64,000 nucleotides of DNA from Myxococcota bacterium (GTDB lineage: Bacteria > Myxococcota_A > UBA796 > SXON01): the NCBI GenBank assembly GCA_040386535.1, contig JAZKFH010000005.1, positions 247,365 to 311,364 of the forward strand, given 5' to 3'. How positions within the stretch are numbered: position 1 is the stretch's first letter; every line of letters begins with the position of its first letter. The position numbers and the translations under genes were made by a program. The notes beneath the pieces were generated by a model. The model searched no databases, was not told where the DNA came from, and saw only the letters and a program-made list of their open reading frames with translations. Of the stretch, positions 59,449 through 64,000 are shown piece by piece.

Positions 59449-60765
59449 GTGTATGACCTGATCGTTGAAGACGCTACCGTTGTGAGCTCGAGTGGGCGCG
59501 CGGTGGCTGATGTATGCGTGGAAGACGGGCGGATCGTCTACGTCGGGCCTCGCCCAGCTGGGCCGGCGCGTCGAAAAACCCCCGCCATCGGCAAGTTCTT
59601 GATCCCGGGGATCATCGACACGCACGTCCACTTCCGGTCTCCGGGGCATCCGCACAAAGAAGATTGGGAGTCCGGAACACGCGCGGCCGTGTCCGGCGGG
59701 GTCACCACCGTGTGCGACATGCCCAACACGTCGCCTCCGACGCTGTCGCGGGCCCTCTGGGAGCAGAAGCGCGCCTTGGCCATGGCGGCCTCTCGGGCGA
59801 ACTACGGCTTGTGGGTGGGCGCGGCGGCCGACAACTTCGATGAGCTCAATGAGCTCATGGACAGCGGTGACGCCTGCGGCATCAAGGTGTTCATGGGCGC
59901 CTCCACCGGCCCCCTGCTGGTGGACGACGCGACGCTCCTCCGTGTCTTCGCCGAGACCAGGGGCCTTCTGGGCGTACACGCGGAAGACGAAGCGCTGCTC
60001 GTCGGCGCACGCGAGCGCTTCGCCGGAAATCCGACCCCCGAGCACAACGAGGTGCGCCCGCCCGCCGCCGCCGCCGCCGCCGTGAAACGGCTGGTCGAGC
60101 TCTCGCGCGCCCACAAGCGGCCTGTCCACGTGTGCCACGTCTCGACCTCCGCGGAGCTTGCGGTGCTCGAGGACGTGCGCGGGATCGTGCCCATCACCAC
60201 CGAAGCCTCGCCCCACCATCTGTGGCTCTCCACCGAGTCTGGGCAGGGCAACTTCACGAAGTGCAACCCGCCGATTCGGGACGAGGTGGACCGGCGCGCG
60301 CTGTGGACCGCGGTGCGGCGCAACCGGATCGACACCATCGGCAGCGACCACGCGCCGCACACGCGCGAGGAAAAGCTACTCCCCTACTGGGACGCCCCCT
60401 CCGGCATCCCCGGCGTCGAGACCACGTTCCCGCTCCTGATCGCCGCCATCCGCCAGGGCCGCCTCTCGATCGAGCGAATGGTGCAGCTCTGCGCCGAGGC
60501 CCCCGCGCAGATCTTCGGCTTCCACCGGAAGGGGTGGGTCAAGGCCGGGTACGACGCGGACTTCGCCCTCTTCACCGAAGTCGACCTCGTGAAGCTCGCG
60601 GCCACCGATCTCCTCACGCGTGTCGGATGGAGCCCGTTCGTCGGCCAGAAGGTCGGTTTGAAGCCCGAGCAAGTGTATGTAGGCGGTCGGCTCGTGGCCC
60701 AGCGCGGCCGCATCGTGGACGACGACGTGCGTGGCTCTCTCGTCCGCCCTGGGGACGCCCGGTAG
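59449..60765 (+). CDS. pyrC: Dihydroorotase/allantoinase-type cyclic amidohydrolase
   Basis: 'PGIIDTHVHFRSPG..HKE', 'DMPNT', 'KVFMG', 'VHAED', 'KCNPPIR', 'SDHAPH', 'PSGIPGVE'. Confidence 0.85.
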   Translation: MYDLIVEDATVVSSSGRAVADVCVEDGRIVYVGPRPAGPARRKTPAIGKFLIPGIIDTHVHFRSPGHPHKEDWESGTRAAVSGGVTTVCDMPNTSPPTLSRALWEQKRALAMAASRANYGLWVGAAADNFDELNELMDSGDACGIKVFMGASTGPLLVDDATLLRVFAETRGLLGVHAEDEALLVGARERFAGNPTPEHNEVRPPAAAAAAVKRLVELSRAHKRPVHVCHVSTSAELAVLEDVRGIVPITTEASPHHLWLSTESGQGNFTKCNPPIRDEVDRRALWTAVRRNRIDTIGSDHAPHTREEKLLPYWDAPSGIPGVETTFPLLIAAIRQGRLSIERMVQLCAEAPAQIFGFHRKGWVKAGYDADFALFTEVDLVKLAATDLLTRVGWSPFVGQKVGLKPEQVYVGGRLVAQRGRIVDDDVRGSLVRPGDAR

Positions 60766-60914
60766 GGACACACGAGTGCGAGAGGGGGCTCACCCCCCTC
60801 CCGCCGCGCCCGAAGCCCCGGTGGAGCCGAGCGGGACGAACGTCCCGCCCGGACTGGTCCCGGCCGCACGCCCCGACGAGTAATCCGGAGCTCCGAGCGC
60901 AAACTCGTGGTTCT

Positions 60915-61931
60915 TTACGCCTCCGCCACGACGCTCCAATTGACCCGCGTGGGCGACAGGGCCCGCTCGAGTTGCCGCAGCATGGAGGGGTTGGCCTCCA
61001 GGTGCTCGATGACCTTCTCCCGGCCCTGCCCGAGCTTCACGTCGCCGAACGAGTACCAGGATCCGGAGCGCGTGATCGCCCCCTGGGACTCCGCCATCTC
61101 GACGATCTCGCCGCAGCGGTTCACGCCGCGCCCGAAGAGGATGTCGAACTCGACCTGGCGGAACGGCGGCGCGAGCTTGTTCTTCACCACCTTCACCTTC
61201 GTGCGGTTGCCGATGGCCTCCTCGCCCTTCTTCACCGAGCCGATGCGCCGGACGTCCAGCCGCACGGACGCGTAGTACTTGAGGGCGTTCCCGCCGGTGG
61301 TGACCTCGGAGGGGCCGAACATCACGCCGATCTTCTGTCGGATCTGGTTGATGAAGATGAGCGTGGTGTTGCTCTTGCTCACGACGTTCGTGAGCTTCCG
61401 CATCGCCTTGGACATCATGCGGGCCTGGAGGCCGACCTGCAGATCTCCCATGTTGCCTTCGATCTCGTCCTTGGGGACGAGCGCCGCGACCGAGTCGACC
61501 ACGATGAGATCGATGGTGCCTGAGCGGATGAGGGTCTCGACGATGTCGAGGGCCTGCTCCCCGTTGTCCGGTTGCGACAGGATGAGCTCCGGGAGCCGGA
61601 CACCCAGCGCCGCTGCGTAGGTCGGATCGAGCGCGTGTTCGGCGTCGATGAAGGCCGTAGTCCCACCAGCGGCCTGCATCTCCGCCATCGCATGCAGGGT
61701 GAGCGTCGTCTTGCCGCTCGCCTCGGGCCCGTAGATCTCGATGATGCGGCCACGAGGATAGCCACCGATACCGAGGGCGAGGTCGAGGCCCAGGGAGCCG
61801 GTTGGGGTGACCGCCACGGGCTCGGCCGGCCCATCGAGGCGCATGACCGAGCCCTTTCCGTGTTGCTTCTCGATCGCGACGAGGGCGGCGTTCAGCGCGG
61901 CCTGGCGGTTGGTGTCATTGGGGATCAACAT
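60915..61931 (-). CDS. recA: Recombinase RecA
   Basis: '[16 protein letters not shown]', 'FIDAEHALD', '[10 protein letters not shown]', 'FINQIR.KIGVMFG', 'TTGGNALK', 'KVVKNK'. Confidence 0.97.
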   Translation of the reverse strand: MLIPNDTNRQAALNAALVAIEKQHGKGSVMRLDGPAEPVAVTPTGSLGLDLALGIGGYPRGRIIEIYGPEASGKTTLTLHAMAEMQAAGGTTAFIDAEHALDPTYAAALGVRLPELILSQPDNGEQALDIVETLIRSGTIDLIVVDSVAALVPKDEIEGNMGDLQVGLQARMMSKAMRKLTNVVSKSNTTLIFINQIRQKIGVMFGPSEVTTGGNALKYYASVRLDVRRIGSVKKGEEAIGNRTKVKVVKNKLAPPFRQVEFDILFGRGVNRCGEIVEMAESQGAITRSGSWYSFGDVKLGQGREKVIEHLEANPSMLRQLERALSPTRVNWSVVAEA

Positions 61932-62214
61932 CGACTACTCCTGTGCAGACTCCAGACTTGCGGCTGGAGCAATCCGAGCGCACCCCACGAGCTCGGGCCG
62001 CACCATGCGGCCTCCGTCTCGGGACGTGGGCCACGGAAGATCGGGGAAGGGTTCGCGCGCGGACGACGAACCGATCGCCCTCCGCTGCGTTGGGAGGAAG
62101 GGCGTTCACGGGGATCTCGGTCAGCTGGACATCGTTCCATTCCAGCACTGCATAGGGGCCCTCGATCCGGTCGATCGTGACGACGGTGCCGAGGGAGAAG
62201 AGCGTGAGGATCAC
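61915..62214 (-). CDS. DUF3006-like small protein
   Basis: '[13 protein letters not shown]...[14 protein letters not shown]'; GTGA overlap with comM. Confidence 0.65.
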   Translation of the reverse strand: MILTLFSLGTVVTIDRIEGPYAVLEWNDVQLTEIPVNALPPNAAEGDRFVVRARTLPRSSVAHVPRRRPHGAARARGVRSDCSSRKSGVCTGVVDVDPQ

Positions 62215-63728
62215 GAGGCACCTCGCTCGTCCACGTCGCACCGCAAGCCGATCGCCCGCGCCACATGACGGATACGCACCCGGGGGTCGCCCTCGAGATC
62301 CGCGAGCGTGCGGGCAACCTTGAGCAGGCGGCGCCCGACCCGCGCGCTGCCCGAGCCCACCTCGAGGTGAGTCTGCAACAGGGCAAGCGCAGACGACTCC
62401 GCTTGCGCCGCCTCCTGGACCTGCTCCGCACGAACCTCGGCGTTGCAGGTGGCGGTGTCGCCGTATCGTGCGCGCTGGCGCTCCCGCGCACGCTCCACCC
62501 GTTCACGCACGGCCGCGCTGGTCTCGCCCTCTGCGTCCCCGAGAAGGTCCGCAGGGCGGATCGGGAGCAGCTCGATGCGCAGATCGATTCGATCGATGAG
62601 TGGGCCGGAGAGGCGGGCGCGATAGCGCTCTCGCGCGGCTTCCGGGCACACGCACGGACGGGTCGGATGACCGTGGTTGCCACACGGGCACGGGTTGGCA
62701 GCGGCGATCAACGAGAAGGCAGCGGGTAGAACAACCCGCCCGCTCGCTCGCGCGAGCACGACGCGGCGGTCTTCGAGCGGCCCACGCAGGACCTCCCGGG
62801 CCCCGCGCGGAAATTCCGGGAACTCGTCGAGGAACAGGACGCCGTTGTGCGCCAGAGTCACCTCACCGGGCCTCAGGCTGGCCCCGCCAACCAGCCCCGC
62901 GGCGGAGATGGAATGGTGCGGCGCCCGAAAGGGTCGCACCGTCAACGCGCCGGCATCGGGCGCATGGAGCCCAGCGACGGAATGGATGCGCGTGCACTCC
63001 AACGCCTCCACGAGGGTCATGCGCGGCAGGATGGTAGGGAGTCGAGCGGCCAACATCGTCTTGCCACAGCCGGGCGGGCCCTCGAGGAAGAGGTTGTGGC
63101 CGCCGGCGGCCGCCACCTCCAGCGCCTCGCGCGCTCCGGCCTGTCCTCGGAGGTCGCGCAAGTCCGCCGCGAAGGCGGGCGGACCACATTCGCGGGGAAC
63201 CGCGATCGGCAACTCGCCCTTCTCGTCGAGGAACGCGGCCACCTCCGCCAACGTGCTCGCCGCACGCACCTCGATGCCCTCGACAAGCGCCGCCTCTGGG
63301 CCGCACGCCGCGGGAACGATCACGCCCGCGAACCCCTCCGCCCGCGCCAGCCAGGCGAAGGCCAACGTCCCTCGGACCGGGCGGAGTTCGCCGGAGAGCG
63401 AGAGCTCGCCGACGAAAAGGTAACGAGCGGCTCGGCTGGACTTCACCTGCCGGGCTTCGACCAGGATTCCCACGGCAATCGGAAGATCGAAGGCCGTCCC
63501 GTCTTTGCGCAGGTCCGCGGGGGCGAGAGCCACCACGACCCTCTGCCGCGGAAACTCGAACCCGCTCGCAACGATGGCGGAGCGCACCCGATCAGCACTT
63601 TCGCGAACAGACGGGGCCGGGAGCCCCACCATCACCACTTGCGGAAGGCGCCGCAGCAGGTCGACCTCAACCCCCACCCGCACCGCGTCCACCCCCGCCA
63701 GGGTCGCTCCGTACACTACGCTCGGCAT
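62211..63728 (-). CDS. comM: ComM/YifB Mg-chelatase-like AAA+ helicase
   Basis: 'VGLP..SVRES', 'LAPADLRKDGTAFDLPIA', 'GPPGCGKTM', 'RPFRAPHH', 'LFLDEFPEF', 'NPCPCG', 'ARTLADL'. Confidence 0.93.
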   Translation of the reverse strand: MPSVVYGATLAGVDAVRVGVEVDLLRRLPQVVMVGLPAPSVRESADRVRSAIVASGFEFPRQRVVVALAPADLRKDGTAFDLPIAVGILVEARQVKSSRAARYLFVGELSLSGELRPVRGTLAFAWLARAEGFAGVIVPAACGPEAALVEGIEVRAASTLAEVAAFLDEKGELPIAVPRECGPPAFAADLRDLRGQAGAREALEVAAAGGHNLFLEGPPGCGKTMLAARLPTILPRMTLVEALECTRIHSVAGLHAPDAGALTVRPFRAPHHSISAAGLVGGASLRPGEVTLAHNGVLFLDEFPEFPRGAREVLRGPLEDRRVVLARASGRVVLPAAFSLIAAANPCPCGNHGHPTRPCVCPEAARERYRARLSGPLIDRIDLRIELLPIRPADLLGDAEGETSAAVRERVERARERQRARYGDTATCNAEVRAEQVQEAAQAESSALALLQTHLEVGSGSARVGRRLLKVARTLADLEGDPRVRIRHVARAIGLRCDVDERGAS

Positions 63729-63902
63729 GTGCCCGTTCTCCAGTCGAACGGGCCCTGTTCACGATGCGTGCCAGCCGTAAGTGGCTGAAATTGCGCCACC
63801 ACGAGACGTTCCCAGTTGACGACTGTCAGCCCGGTGACGGACGTTCGTCAGCGGCGAAGCGTCAAGGGGGGTGGCCAAATTTGGCAATTCACGACCCAGG
63901 GC

Positions 63903-63943
63903 AAAAACGAAACAGCCCTCATCAGCGTCAGCTGATGAGGGCT
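63903..63943 (-). terminator. rRNA operon terminator
   Basis: 13-bp perfect stem AGCCCTCATCAGC/GCTGATGAGGGCT; minus strand followed by GTTTCGTTTTT. Confidence 0.85.
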
Positions 63944-63957
63944 ATTTGTATAAGGCG

Positions 63958-64000
63958 GCCGGCAGTTACCTACTCTCCCACAGCGTTGCCGCTGCAGTAC
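63958..64000 (-). rRNA. rrf: 5S rRNA, 3' part (continues beyond window)
   Basis: Plus strand CCGGCAGTTACCTACTCTCCCAC...GCAGTAC is the reverse complement of the conserved 5S 3' half (GUACUGC...GUGGGAGAGUAGG). Confidence 0.9.

Overview
High-GC chromosomal window, most likely from a Myxococcota bacterium. This is an inference from a MYXO-CTERM-type tail, Asp/Cys-rich 'MopE-related' repeat lipoproteins and the gene order. It is mostly core genome: the rimP-nusA-ylxR-infB-DUF503 operon, lysM-dprA-smg, a pal-like/cpoB pair, a division/cell-wall (dcw) cluster from mraZ to ftsZ, smpB, prmA, rsmE, ribA, HU, a dihydroorotase-like gene, comM-DUF3006-recA, and the 3' end of a 5S rRNA gene at the right edge. 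Accessory parts are a roughly 10 kb glycosylation island (two GT-C membrane proteins, a LarA-family nickel-pincer enzyme, RNHCP protein, GT2, nucleotidyltransferase, GT4, O-antigen-ligase-like), an orphan trio of Tad-type minor pilins next to a MYXO-CTERM surface protein, and an alkyl-DHAP-synthase-like operon. The most notable observations are: (1) an unannotated ~90 nt sigma54-driven sRNA candidate with C-rich loops and a Pxr-like layout at 58374-58464; (2) a dcw cluster cleanly lacking murF, murG, ddl and ftsA, carrying a MurB-fold protein that has lost its FAD-binding and catalytic motifs; (3) an 18-bp perfect long-range inverted repeat inside the dcw operon; (4) two oppositely oriented MraZ-box arrays between mraZ and smpB; (5) a protein with tandem RpoN-box-like HTHs; (6) a Pal-like lipoprotein with an inserted Ig-like (IPT/TIG) spacer. 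No CRISPR array, transposase, integrase or tRNA was recognised. All calls come from reading motifs by eye; no database searches were run, and start codons are best estimates.
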